Shown piece by piece: positions 50,927 through 60,610 of a DNA stretch of 64,000 nucleotides. The DNA comes from Candidatus Dojkabacteria bacterium. GTDB taxonomy: Bacteria > Patescibacteriota > Dojkabacteria > J137. The DNA lies in the NCBI GenBank assembly GCA_030950485.1, contig JAUZRK010000001.1, positions 39,998-103,997 of the forward strand. The letters run 5' to 3'. The position numbers were made by a program, and so were the translations under genes. The notes under the pieces are model-generated. The model did not search any database, was not told the origin of the DNA, and saw only the letters and a list, made by a program, of their open reading frames with translations. The stretch's first letter is position 1; each line of letters opens with the position of its first letter.

Positions 50927-51661
50927 ATGAGAAAGGATAGCTTTGAAGAGATATTTAAAGATATCAATAAAGTGTTAGTTGTAATTGCTCACCCAGATGA
51001 TTGTGAGGTTATTTGTGGAGGAACTATAGCTAGATTAATAGATAGTGGGAAAGAAGTTCGTTTAGTTACAACTACAAATGGAGAAAAGGGAATGCAAGAT
51101 AAAAGAGACATTGATAAAACCGACTTTGTAAATTCGAGGATAAAAGAGCAGACACTTGGAGCAGTAGAACTTGGTATTAAAGAATCAGAATCATTTAACT
51201 TGAATATTGCAGATGGAGAATTAGAGGCATCCGTTGAAAATATAGGCAAAATCGTTTTTCATATAAGGCAGTTCAAACCTGATTTAGTGATTACACATAA
51301 TCCCAATGATGCAGTAATAAAATTTGGTGGTTCAAAGTGGGTTAACCATAGAGATCATAGAAATACAGGATGGATAACTTTCGATGCTATATATCCTTAT
51401 TCTAGAGATCGGGGATTTTTTGAGGAGCATTTTACAGAACACGGTCTAGAAGGTCATTCTGTTAACAAAATCTTAGTTGCAGACACATATGAGTATGACG
51501 ATGTTAGTTATTTTGAGATATCTGATTTTATAGATAAGAAGAAGAATGCTTTTAAAAAACATATTAGTGCTTTTAATCCAGGAGATGAGGAGATGTTTGT
51601 CAAAGAAAATAAATTCGGCGATAAGTATTTTGAGCCATTAAGACTATTAAAGGTTTATTAG
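50927..51661 (+). CDS. PIG-L family deacetylase
   Basis: AHPDD, TNGEKG and HRDH motifs. Confidence 0.9.
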   Translation: MRKDSFEEIFKDINKVLVVIAHPDDCEVICGGTIARLIDSGKEVRLVTTTNGEKGMQDKRDIDKTDFVNSRIKEQTLGAVELGIKESESFNLNIADGELEASVENIGKIVFHIRQFKPDLVITHNPNDAVIKFGGSKWVNHRDHRNTGWITFDAIYPYSRDRGFFEEHFTEHGLEGHSVNKILVADTYEYDDVSYFEISDFIDKKKNAFKKHISAFNPGDEEMFVKENKFGDKYFEPLRLLKVY

Positions 51662-51679
51662 AAATATTCTCAATAACAT

Positions 51680-51711
51680 AAAGGAGTAAGCTAATAACTT
51701 ACTCCTTTTTT
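51680..51711. terminator. Intrinsic terminator
   Basis: AAAGGAGTAAG-ctaataa-CTTACTCCTTTTTT. Confidence 0.8.
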
Positions 51712-51723
51712 CCTGTCTCAGTC

Positions 51724-52920
51724 TTAAGCTAGCATTTTTAAAAGAAATTCAGGGATATCTACTAGATCATTACCTATCTTTTCCCATACAACTATTTGTT
51801 CTTCTTCACTCAGTGGTTCTATTAACCTATTTACAAAACTTCGCCAATACTTAACTGTAAATGAAAGATTTGTATTAACTAAAGATACAAACTTTTCTGA
51901 ATCTATTACTTCATCCCCAAATGGTTTTACAAACTGATCCATATCTTTAAATCCTTCTGGATGTAAGTTTTCTTCAGAATTATTTCCTATTTTATATCCT
52001 GCAAGTGATAGCTGCTGGACATCAACTACAATTTTTTCAAGGAACTGATAAGCCAGCAATGGAATAAAATCAATTGGATCAATGTCATTTGTTAAGTTGA
52101 ATTTATAATGTGGATGATCCGCTAGGCTGTCTCTAAAATGATACAAAATCTTCATTACATTATTTCGCTCTCTATCTAATATCCATTCACTCCTACTCGA
52201 AGCTTTTATTACATGATCTAGGTCTTGCACAGAATAAATAGTGCACTGACTAAATATTGTAACTGAAAGCCTATTCTCTCCGGTTGAGCTAGGAAACTCA
52301 GCACTTCTTTTTTCTAATTCATCCAAATCAATCGCTATTTCACCTGAAGATAAAGTCTTTGTAGGAAACGCAGCAAGAACTCTTCTAGCTCCAACAAATT
52401 CTTGCTCAACAACCTTACCCTTTAGATTGCACACGGGTATAGATTCAGATAGTTCAATTACAGCTAAATTTATATCTTCTTCAATCTTATCAAACTTACC
52501 AAACCCCCATATACTATCTTCAGCTAGGTTTGTCGCTTTTATGTGCTTTCGATTTCCCGGACTATTGTATTTGTAATATCCATTAGATTTTACAGCAACT
52601 ATATTTCTAATATAATTATCTCTTAGATATTTAGCTAGCTCGACTAGCCCCATTCCTTCTAGTGCTTCAGCAGTGTAATAGCCTTTTCTATTCGTCGTTG
52701 CAGTTATTAATGCTTTACCTACAATATTATTTTGATTTTCGTCTATCTCTTCTCCAGTATTTGGATCTACTAATTTGAGGCTTGGCGCTGATTCAGCTAA
52801 CGCTTTGGTATCATTTAAAACAAGTGGATCTTCTACTGTCGTATAACTGGGCTGATCAGCAACGGTTATAACACCTTTATGAACTTCGTATTCTTTTACT
52901 CCTGGTAGATCCTCAGCCAT
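51724..52920 (-). CDS. Hypothetical protein
   Basis: 398 aa ORF with no recognisable motif. Confidence 0.65.
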   Translation of the reverse strand: MAEDLPGVKEYEVHKGVITVADQPSYTTVEDPLVLNDTKALAESAPSLKLVDPNTGEEIDENQNNIVGKALITATTNRKGYYTAEALEGMGLVELAKYLRDNYIRNIVAVKSNGYYKYNSPGNRKHIKATNLAEDSIWGFGKFDKIEEDINLAVIELSESIPVCNLKGKVVEQEFVGARRVLAAFPTKTLSSGEIAIDLDELEKRSAEFPSSTGENRLSVTIFSQCTIYSVQDLDHVIKASSRSEWILDRERNNVMKILYHFRDSLADHPHYKFNLTNDIDPIDFIPLLAYQFLEKIVVDVQQLSLAGYKIGNNSEENLHPEGFKDMDQFVKPFGDEVIDSEKFVSLVNTNLSFTVKYWRSFVNRLIEPLSEEEQIVVWEKIGNDLVDIPEFLLKMLA

Positions 52921-53012
52921 AGAAAAACCTTATAAATAAATTTCTCTTTAAATCTGAAACTTTAAGCTATAGCAGGGTCGTACCCTGGTCAGAGACATCT
53001 CAATGATGAGTA

Positions 53013-54299
53013 TTAATCTAAATTAATATCCTCTTCCACCCCGCTCTTCATATCCTTAATCTTATAGACCCCTCTACTCTTCTCTTCTTCACCTAAAATA
53101 ACGACATAATCAATTTCTTTCTTATCCGTCCATTCTAAAGCCTTACCTAATCTTTGTTCTTCTAAACCATCAATTGCAATATTTCCATCTTTTCTAAGAG
53201 TAGTTGAGATTGAATCTCTTATATCAACAAATGATTCATCTAGTAATGGAAGATAATAAGATTTAGGCTTATTTTCTTTTGCCTGATCTAAAAGATTCCA
53301 ACCCTCTAAGAACAACCTAGTAGTCTCATCCCCAGGTGCACACCCGGTAGCTGGAAAGCTTTGTGAACCGAACAGTGCTGCAAGCCCATTGTATCTTCCT
53401 CCTCCAAACATAGATCTACTATTTTCAGGATTTTTATCAAAAACTTCAAAGACCATTCCATCGTAATAATCAAAGCCTCTAATAACTGATGGGTTAAATG
53501 ATATCCACTCTGAATACCCCATTTCATTTAATGCCTCCATAGTTTCATTAATTTCCTTTAAGCCTTCAGAACCTTCAATTTCAGGTAGATTTTTAACCAA
53601 ATCTTCTCCATTCTGACTTTGCATAAATTTTTTCAAACTTTCTATTTGATCATCATTTAACGCAGCATCCTCTTTTAATCTTTTAGCAAATTCTTCTTCA
53701 TTTAATTTTTCCCATTTATCTAATATCCTTACGGTTTGAGTTCGTTGCTCTTCAGTAACACTAACTACTTCATTTAATACATAATCAATTAACCTCCTAT
53801 TATTTATATACATTACAAAACTACCCTTTGGAGGATTAAATCCAAGCATAATTTCAAGTGCAACCTGTAAAACCTCGATGTCAGCATTTACAGAATCAAC
53901 TCCAAAAATGTCAAAGTTCAGTTGCCAAAATTCTCTATTTCTACCTCTTTGAGGCTTTTCATTTCGCATAAAATTAGCAATAGAAAAAAGCCTGATAGGT
54001 TTAGGTGTGTCTTGATAAATTCTAGTTACCATTCTAGTTACAGAAGGTGTCATCTCTGGTCTAATCGCAAATTCTCTACCTTTCAAATCGGTTAAAGTCC
54101 ATAGTTCTTTTCCTCCTAAATCTTCTCCGGATTTAGCTCGATATACATCAGCAAGTTCAATTTGTGGAGTTAGATATTCTTCATAACCAAAGCTTGTACA
54201 TACCTTTCGCCAAGTATCGAAAATATACTTTCTAATTTGAAACTCTCCAGGCAACCAATCACTGGTTCCTTTAGGAGGTTGATTTGATAATTTATTCAT
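53013..54299 (-). CDS. hisS: Histidyl-tRNA synthetase
   Basis: PKGTSD, RPEMT, RNEKPQRGRNREFWQ, RGFDYY and GGGRY motifs. Confidence 0.97.
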   Translation of the reverse strand: MNKLSNQPPKGTSDWLPGEFQIRKYIFDTWRKVCTSFGYEEYLTPQIELADVYRAKSGEDLGGKELWTLTDLKGREFAIRPEMTPSVTRMVTRIYQDTPKPIRLFSIANFMRNEKPQRGRNREFWQLNFDIFGVDSVNADIEVLQVALEIMLGFNPPKGSFVMYINNRRLIDYVLNEVVSVTEEQRTQTVRILDKWEKLNEEEFAKRLKEDAALNDDQIESLKKFMQSQNGEDLVKNLPEIEGSEGLKEINETMEALNEMGYSEWISFNPSVIRGFDYYDGMVFEVFDKNPENSRSMFGGGRYNGLAALFGSQSFPATGCAPGDETTRLFLEGWNLLDQAKENKPKSYYLPLLDESFVDIRDSISTTLRKDGNIAIDGLEEQRLGKALEWTDKKEIDYVVILGEEEKSRGVYKIKDMKSGVEEDINLD

Positions 54300-54370
54300 T
54301 TTAAATTCATTAATATTTTAATTATAACTGATTTTAACTTTTAGCTTTGTAAAAACTGCACTATTTGATC

Positions 54371-54844
54371 TTAAAATCTTCTCATAGCTAAAGCCTTCAT
54401 TGAAATATCTCTTATTTCACTATAACTGATTTCATAGCCTTCTGGATTGTAATAGACTTTGCGTCTTTCAATTTCATTTAAAAGTAGTTCATTACTAATC
54501 TCCATCTTACTTATTACTTTTCGTAGAATTTTACCCAATCTTTCATCACTAACATTCTCGAATAGGTCAGATTCAAAAATCACTTCAACATCTTTTCGAA
54601 CAAAGATTTTATATCTACGTTCTAAAAATGCTTTTTGATCCAGACTAAGTTTAGGAGCGTTTTAAACATAACTCATAAAAGTATCTACTACTAGAAATAT
54701 AATGTTTTTGCTATCTGCTATTTCTATTTTCGTTTTACTAGCCCAACCTTCTATTAATTCAGGTTCAACAATAAATTCTCCATTTTGCTTCCTCTCAACT
54801 TTATAAGTCGCAAATTTAATTAGTTTTTTATCATTTTTATTCAT
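54371..54844 (-). pseudogene. Hypothetical gene with an in-frame TAA at 54662
   Basis: 54662..54844 and 54371..54583 share one frame with a single stop between them. Confidence 0.6.
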
Positions 54845-55939
54845 AGCTCGCAGGGAAAATAACTGGTAATTTATCTGGATCTATTAATTTTGTAGTTCTG
54901 CTTACATAGCTTTCTGAACTTGGCTCTACAACCAATAGACAATCTACTCTTTCTGCTAACCAAATCCCCTCCATTGCATACTCAGTACCTTGTAATGCAA
55001 CTGTTCTTTTTGTACGTTCATATGCCAACTCTGATTCCATACCAGCTTCAATAAGTTGATTAGCTTTTCGTTCTACTCGATCGTTCACTTCAGGACCGGT
55101 AACCAGATATTCAGTCTCTGTTTCAGCAAGTCTCTTTTCTAATTGCTCATTAAAATTTTGAGAGTAAATCTCACCATCAATAGGTAATTCTCTAGATCTT
55201 GGTGAGATTTTTACTGTGCTTCTATTGATCTTATTAGTAAGTCTATTAATAACTTTTTCAGTAACTTCAGCAACTGCAGACTCGCCTCCAAACATTAAAT
55301 CATCAGTCTGAATAATCCCCTCCGTATCTGCAACCCAGATATCTAACTTCTAATTAACACCAACTTCATCAAGCCTATCGCACAAAGCATTAATTTGTTC
55401 AGCATTATAATCAAGAGGAGATTTAAGCCTCGCTGGCTTATACCTATATCGAATTTCTCCATTATCTTGCATTATTTCAACCTCTAACTTATGCATACAA
55501 GTAATAAGACCTAACCTAATTTGCTCACCGCTTTCAATAGCTCTTAATATGTTTCTCTTAGAACTTCAACATTGAAAGCAGGAATTGTTGATGATGAAAC
55601 CAAAGTTTCTAAAACTCTATTTGCGTAGAATTCAGCATTCTCAAAAATTTCTATTTTCTTTTCAAATGCTTTTTGATAACTACTTAGTTTATTCCTTTCT
55701 GACTTTGTATTTCTATCCATAGCATTATTTATCTCACCACTTTCATTTAATGGAGCTGAGTACCTAATTGTTCCAGATTCATCAATGAAAGTTTCTTCAA
55801 CATACTCGCTACTTCGAATCATATAATCTAAATCCTGCTTATATATTACAGCCTGGTATAAAGCTTGATCTGAAACTTCTACATCCATACCTAATACTTC
55901 TCTTACTTGATCATTATAATTTTCCATTTTTAAACTCAT
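54837..55939 (-). pseudogene. Hypothetical gene of about 365 codons with a frameshift (about 55550) and an in-frame TAG (about 55350)
   Basis: The fragments are linked by ILRAIESGEQIRLGLITCMHKLEVE...VGVN*KLDIWVADTEG. Confidence 0.6.
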
Positions 55940-55940
55940 T

Positions 55941-56055
55941 AAAAATAAAATACCCCCAAACTAAAATTAAGTTTGAGGGTGTAAAAAAGTACCACTTTCG
56001 TGATACTTATAAATTAAAAAAAATTGCAAAAGTATCACCCTCTAATGAGAGTGAT
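55941..56055 (-). promoter_or_regulatory. His-sensing attenuator overlapping the repressor's 3' end, with tandem terminator hairpins
   Basis: 1:2 ATCACTCTC/GAGGGTGAT; 2:3 GTGATACTT/AAGTATCAC; 3:4 AAGTATCAC-GAAA-GTGGTACTT+TTTT; second hairpin ACCCTCAAACT/AGTTTGGGGGT. Confidence 0.8.
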
Positions 56056-56341
56056 GATGTGAATTCAATCTATCTAAAATTAATCTATATCCGTCCATTC
56101 CATTTTTCAAGAATCTATTAACTCTTGTAACAGTAGCAATACTAACGCCAGCCTCTGTTGCAACCTGTCTCTGTGGCTTACCTTTATCTAACTCCTTTGC
56201 GACTTCAAATCTTGATGAAAATTCTTCAATTTCTTTCTCAGTCAAAAGATCTCGCATAAAGTTAGCAGCCTCATCAACTGTCTTTAGTTTCAAGATTGCT
56301 TCAAATAAGTCCTCTGATTTTTTATTTTTCCATTTTATCAT
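56042..56341 (-). CDS. YerC/YecD (TrpR-like, HisR-type) repressor with His-rich C-terminus
   Basis: LFEAILKL...FMRDLLTEKE....SRF.VA..L......SIATVTRVNR.L..G..GY; ends SHHHSH. Confidence 0.88.
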   Translation of the reverse strand: MIKWKNKKSEDLFEAILKLKTVDEAANFMRDLLTEKEIEEFSSRFEVAKELDKGKPQRQVATEAGVSIATVTRVNRFLKNGMDGYRLILDRLNSHHHSH

Positions 56342-56377
56342 AGCGTAATATTACACTAATACATGTGATTTTGTCAA
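56341..56377 (-). promoter_or_regulatory. Leaderless promoter with overlapping palindrome (candidate operator)
   Basis: TTGACA-N18-TAATAT-6nt-ATG; palindrome TAGTGTAATATTACGCTA over the -10 and start. Confidence 0.7.
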
Positions 56378-56449
56378 TGACAACTTGAGTTTCTTACTCA
56401 AGAGCCATACCTGCAAAAAGTCAGGCGACATAATACAATGAAATGCACA

Positions 56450-56493
56450 CTGCCTTTCTCCCCCTTGAGGGGGATTTAAGGGGGTGACCCTGT
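56450..56493. repeat. REP-like hairpin element
   Basis: CTTTCTCCCCCTTGAGGGGGATTTAAGGGGGTGACCCTGT, near-identical to 59745-59789. Confidence 0.85.
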
Positions 56494-56751
56494 GAGTGAT
56501 GATATGAAGATCTTCCCATAAAGGAATACACTGCATCACATTAAAAACTTATTTTCTTTTGTTAAGTTTTGCAGTAATAACGACGGGCAATGATGTATCA
56601 GCTTCGGCAGGACTAACTCCGCCAAAGAGAGGGTAATTCAATTTGAAACCAAGTTAGTTACTACAAGTTACAACAAGAGTAAATCAGATTTAACTCTTCC
56701 AGTATAAAGAATTTAAAAAATTAGCAATCTAATACACCTAACATACTCGTT

Positions 56752-57471
56752 TTAATCCCTCCTATTATTTGAACTAACAAGCATTACAAAATAAGCTAAC
56801 TGACCTAGTGATTGAACAAGACCAGCAAAGTAAGTAAGCGCTGCAGCTCTTAGTACAACCTTCGCTCCGCCATAGTGACTAGGGGCTATAAGACCGTGCT
56901 TTTCAATTAACTTCATAGCTCTTCTACTAGCATCTAGTTCAACTGGTAATGTTACTAATGAAAATACAGTGACAGTAGAAAAAAGAATTATCCCAACCCA
57001 AGCAAGTCCGCTTGAAGCAATCATTAATCCAATCATTATTAATACATACCCTACTCCTGAACCGAAGCTTACAACTGGTACTATTGTCGATCTTAATTTA
57101 AATAAACTTTGACCAACTTGCTTTTGCTGAACGTGACCAAATTCGTGTGCGACAACTGCAATATTTGCAACTGAGTCATTTACTGCGTTATCAGAAGATA
57201 AATTTACTAAATTATTTTTTGGGTCAAAGTAATCATTGAGTTGCCCTTCTGTTGTTTGAAAACTAACGCCAAAATTTCCTGAATCATTTATAAGTTTTGC
57301 AGCCTGCATTCCAGTCATAGACGTACCTGCAGAAATTTTTGAAAATTTCCCATAACTTCTTTTAAGTAAGAACTGTGCATATAGCCCTATTATCAATCCT
57401 GGTAATACGAATAGTAAATATAGAAACATTATTTTAATTTTAATAAATACATTACTTAAATATTTTATCAT
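56752..57471 (-). CDS. Zinc metallopeptidase, YugP (Zn_peptidase_2) family
   Basis: AVVAHEFGH, TLPVELDASRRA and AAALTY motifs; likely start MFLYLL. Confidence 0.88.
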   Translation of the reverse strand: MIKYLSNVFIKIKIMFLYLLFVLPGLIIGLYAQFLLKRSYGKFSKISAGTSMTGMQAAKLINDSGNFGVSFQTTEGQLNDYFDPKNNLVNLSSDNAVNDSVANIAVVAHEFGHVQQKQVGQSLFKLRSTIVPVVSFGSGVGYVLIMIGLMIASSGLAWVGIILFSTVTVFSLVTLPVELDASRRAMKLIEKHGLIAPSHYGGAKVVLRAAALTYFAGLVQSLGQLAYFVMLVSSNNRRD

Positions 57472-57569
57472 GATCTAAAAAAATACATAGCAAGACAATT
57501 ACAAACACTAAATATTAAAATGGCTTTAGTTTTACCTTAGACTTTTAGCTTTTGACTTAACCTTGATTC

Positions 57570-59671
57570 ATGTACAATTTTAGTAAATATACTCATATAA
57601 TGTCTATTCTTTCATCAAAATCAAAAGTAAAAGAATATATTCTTCAAAAAGTAGTAATTAAGATTGCTGTTCCTAAAGACAATGAGAAACAGTCTGAGTC
57701 TGCAGTTCAACTTTTCCAAGCTATTCATGGAACTTTACGTAATAAAATGATTTTGGAAGATCATTTTAGTTTAGAACTTATTGGAAATGGTGACGGAGTA
57801 TTTTTTATTGTTGTATGCGAAGAGCGATACTATAAATTCGTTGAAAGCCAAATATACGCTGCTTATCCCGATTCTGAAATTACTAGGATTAATGATTATG
57901 TAAATTTAGATATTTTGAAAAGTTTTTCAATAGAATCAAGTAAACTTACTCTAAAGAAGCCTAGTTATTTGCCAATAAAAACATATGATCGATTTAATAC
58001 TGATCCTATTGCTCCTTTAATATCAGTTATTTCAAAACTACCCGCTACTCAAAGCGCTTGGATACAGATTTTAATTCGTCCTGTAAGTAATTCAATTAGT
58101 GAATTAGGTAAAAGATATATTAAAAGGATTTCAAAAACTGTAAATGAACAAGGGAAAGAAGTTAGTTTAAGCTTAGATAATGATCAAAGAGAAGAAATTA
58201 GACAAATAGAAAATAGAAGTAATTCTGATGGATTTCAATTCTTAATTAGAATTCTTACAATTGCTGGTACTACTTCAGATGCTAATTATGCACTTGAAGA
58301 TATTGAAGCAAGTTTCAATCAATTCGATAGTTCGAAATTAAATGGGTTTAAAGAAAAAATAGATAAGAAAGGCTTTCTAGGTGAACTTATAGGAAACGAA
58401 GATTTAACTATCGAAAGTCGTTATTTAAATAGATTTTTAGATGACAATGAAAAAGGAATCTTAAATACTCAAGAAACTGCATCTGTATTTCATTTACCAA
58501 ATAAATCAGTAAAAATTACGCAACTAAACTGGTCTAGTAGTACAAAGCTTCAAGTTCCAAATGACCTACCAGTAATAAATACTCAGATCGACTTAAACCA
58601 TAATAATTTTGATATTAAATATTCTTCCGAATTTTTACATACTGGAGTTAGATACTTTGGTCTTACTGATTACAGAAATAACCACTTCCCTTTTGGAATA
58701 AAAAGAGAAGATCGAAGAAGACATATGTATCTTCTTGGAAAAACAGGAACTGGAAAGTCATTGTTCATTAAAAACATGGTTTTTGATGATTTATATGATG
58801 GTGAAGGATTTGCAGTAATAGATCCTCATGGCGATTTAGTAGAAGAGATTTTAGAGCTAATTCCTGAGCATAGAAAAAATGATGTTGTCTATCTTGACCC
58901 TTCAGATATCGATAATCCTATTGGTTTAAATATGCTTGATATTAAAGAAGGAGAATCAAAAGAGCTTTTAGCAGATGGTATTGTTTCTGTTTTTATTAAA
59001 TTATTTGGTCATTCTTGGGGACCGAGATTACAACATATTCTTCATAATACTGTACTAACACTACTCCACTGCCAAAATGTTTCATTATTGGCGGTTCAAC
59101 GGATATTACTAGATGGGAATTATAGAAAATTCTTATTAAATCATTACTATCTTACTTAGTTCAGACATTGTTATATCTTCCTCTTGATCAACAACGTGAT
59201 TTCTATCTTTATGTCGATGAATTCCAGAATTTTGCTACTACTACTTTTATTAAAATACTCTCTGAAGCGTGTAAATATGCCCTTAATTTGCTTGTAACTC
59301 ATCAATATATAGATCAGATAGAACCTAGTATTCAAGACGCAATTCTTGGTAATGTAGGGACTTTAGTCAACTATGTTGTTGGTCCTAAGGATGCCAGTAG
59401 ATTAGAGAGAGAATATACTCCGCATCTCTCTTCTGAAGATCTAGTAAATCAAGAGAAATTCAACTTTGTTATTAAAGAAACAATTGATGGCGCTCAGTCC
59501 TATCCTTTTACCGGGGAGCTAATGTTAATGGATCTTCATAAGTCTAATTTAAAGGAAGAGGTTAAACATCTTTCTAGAGCTAACTACTCTACTAAAAGAG
59601 ATATTGTAGAGGAAAAACTTCATAAATGGGCTACTAATAAATATAACGATAAGGGGAATCTTATTTCCTAA
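57570..59671 (+). pseudogene. VirB4/TraD-like (DUF87) ATPase, split with an internal deletion
   Basis: RRHMYLLGKTGTGKS, IDPHGD and WGPRL in part 1; YVDEFQNF in part 2; the helical middle looks missing and SEARKY reads SEACKY. Confidence 0.75.
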
Positions 59672-59744
59672 TTTTGGCGACATACTAGATATATCCGTTA
59701 GCTGCGTGGTTAATGAGTCATAGCAACAATGAAGGCTAAAAAAG

Positions 59745-59789
59745 ACTGTCTTTCTCCCCCTAGAGGGGGATTTAAGGGGGTGATCCTGT
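59745..59789. repeat. REP-like hairpin element
   Basis: CTTTCTCCCCCTAGAGGGGGATTTAAGGGGGTGATCCTGT. Confidence 0.85.
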
Positions 59790-59843
59790 TCGGGGGGAAG
59801 TAAAAACTAAGTTAATAATAGAGGAAAAAGTGCAAATAGTCGT

Positions 59844-59876
59844 AAAAAAAGAGCAGATTTTACTCTGCTCTTTTTT
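59844..59876. terminator. Bidirectional intrinsic terminator
   Basis: AAAAAAAGAGCAGA-tttta-CTCTGCTCTTTTTT. Confidence 0.8.
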
Positions 59877-59893
59877 AATATCTTAACTTTATA

Positions 59894-60535
59894 TTACGCT
59901 GCTATTGCAATAGGGTCATCACTGAATCTTAATTTTTCTTGTTCAGCCTTAATTCTATCATTTAATTGAGGAACTACAGCAGAGTTTATCTTACCCCTTA
60001 AGGCTTGTAATTCATTAAGTCCATTTGCCTCGGTAACAAAAATTGTATCTCTTCTAATTTCTAGAGTATTTATTGCTGTCTTAACAGATACAGTTTGTTC
60101 TTCTAAAGCTTCTAATTCTGCAATTAAATCATTAATCTTAATTGGATCATATATACTCTGTGCCACTTTTAATATTTCACTTGCTTTTTCATTTGCCGAA
60201 TTCTGTGCCTCTGAAATTACTGAATCAGTAATATCTCCTCTTACTCCGTCTATGTATCCGATTCCACTTTCAATTCTTTCAATTTCACTTTCATCGCCTG
60301 CTTTTACTGCTGCCAAAGTTACTTCATCAACATTAAATCTTGTTCTAGCAGTCTTTTCAATAGTTTCACCAGTTTTGCTATCAATATAAGAGCTAACTAC
60401 TTTAGTCTCTTCTGCCTCAGGAATGGGTGCAACACTTTTTTCTGAAGCAATTGCTCCAAATAAGTTAAAAATTTGTATCTTTTCTTCTGAAGTATACTTA
60501 TTGAATAGCGCAGGAGTATTAATTGTATCTCTCAA
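59894..60535 (-). CDS. Hypothetical coiled-coil protein (start uncertain)
   Basis: Acidic helical ORF; the frame is open up to the stop codon of the upstream gene. Confidence 0.55.
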   Translation of the reverse strand: MRDTINTPALFNKYTSEEKIQIFNLFGAIASEKSVAPIPEAEETKVVSSYIDSKTGETIEKTARTRFNVDEVTLAAVKAGDESEIERIESGIGYIDGVRGDITDSVISEAQNSANEKASEILKVAQSIYDPIKINDLIAELEALEEQTVSVKTAINTLEIRRDTIFVTEANGLNELQALRGKINSAVVPQLNDRIKAEQEKLRFSDDPIAIAA

Positions 60536-60610
60536 CTCATTAAAATCCGGATTTTCTAAAAGCTTATCAAAAGGTACAAAAGCTGCTTCTAACGAGGCAT
60601 CTGTAGTACT

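Noticed and set aside
56351-56539. 62-aa ORF upstream of the YerC gene as a His leader
   Set aside because: It spans the REP-like element and the promoter, and its His codons are scattered with no terminator behind them.
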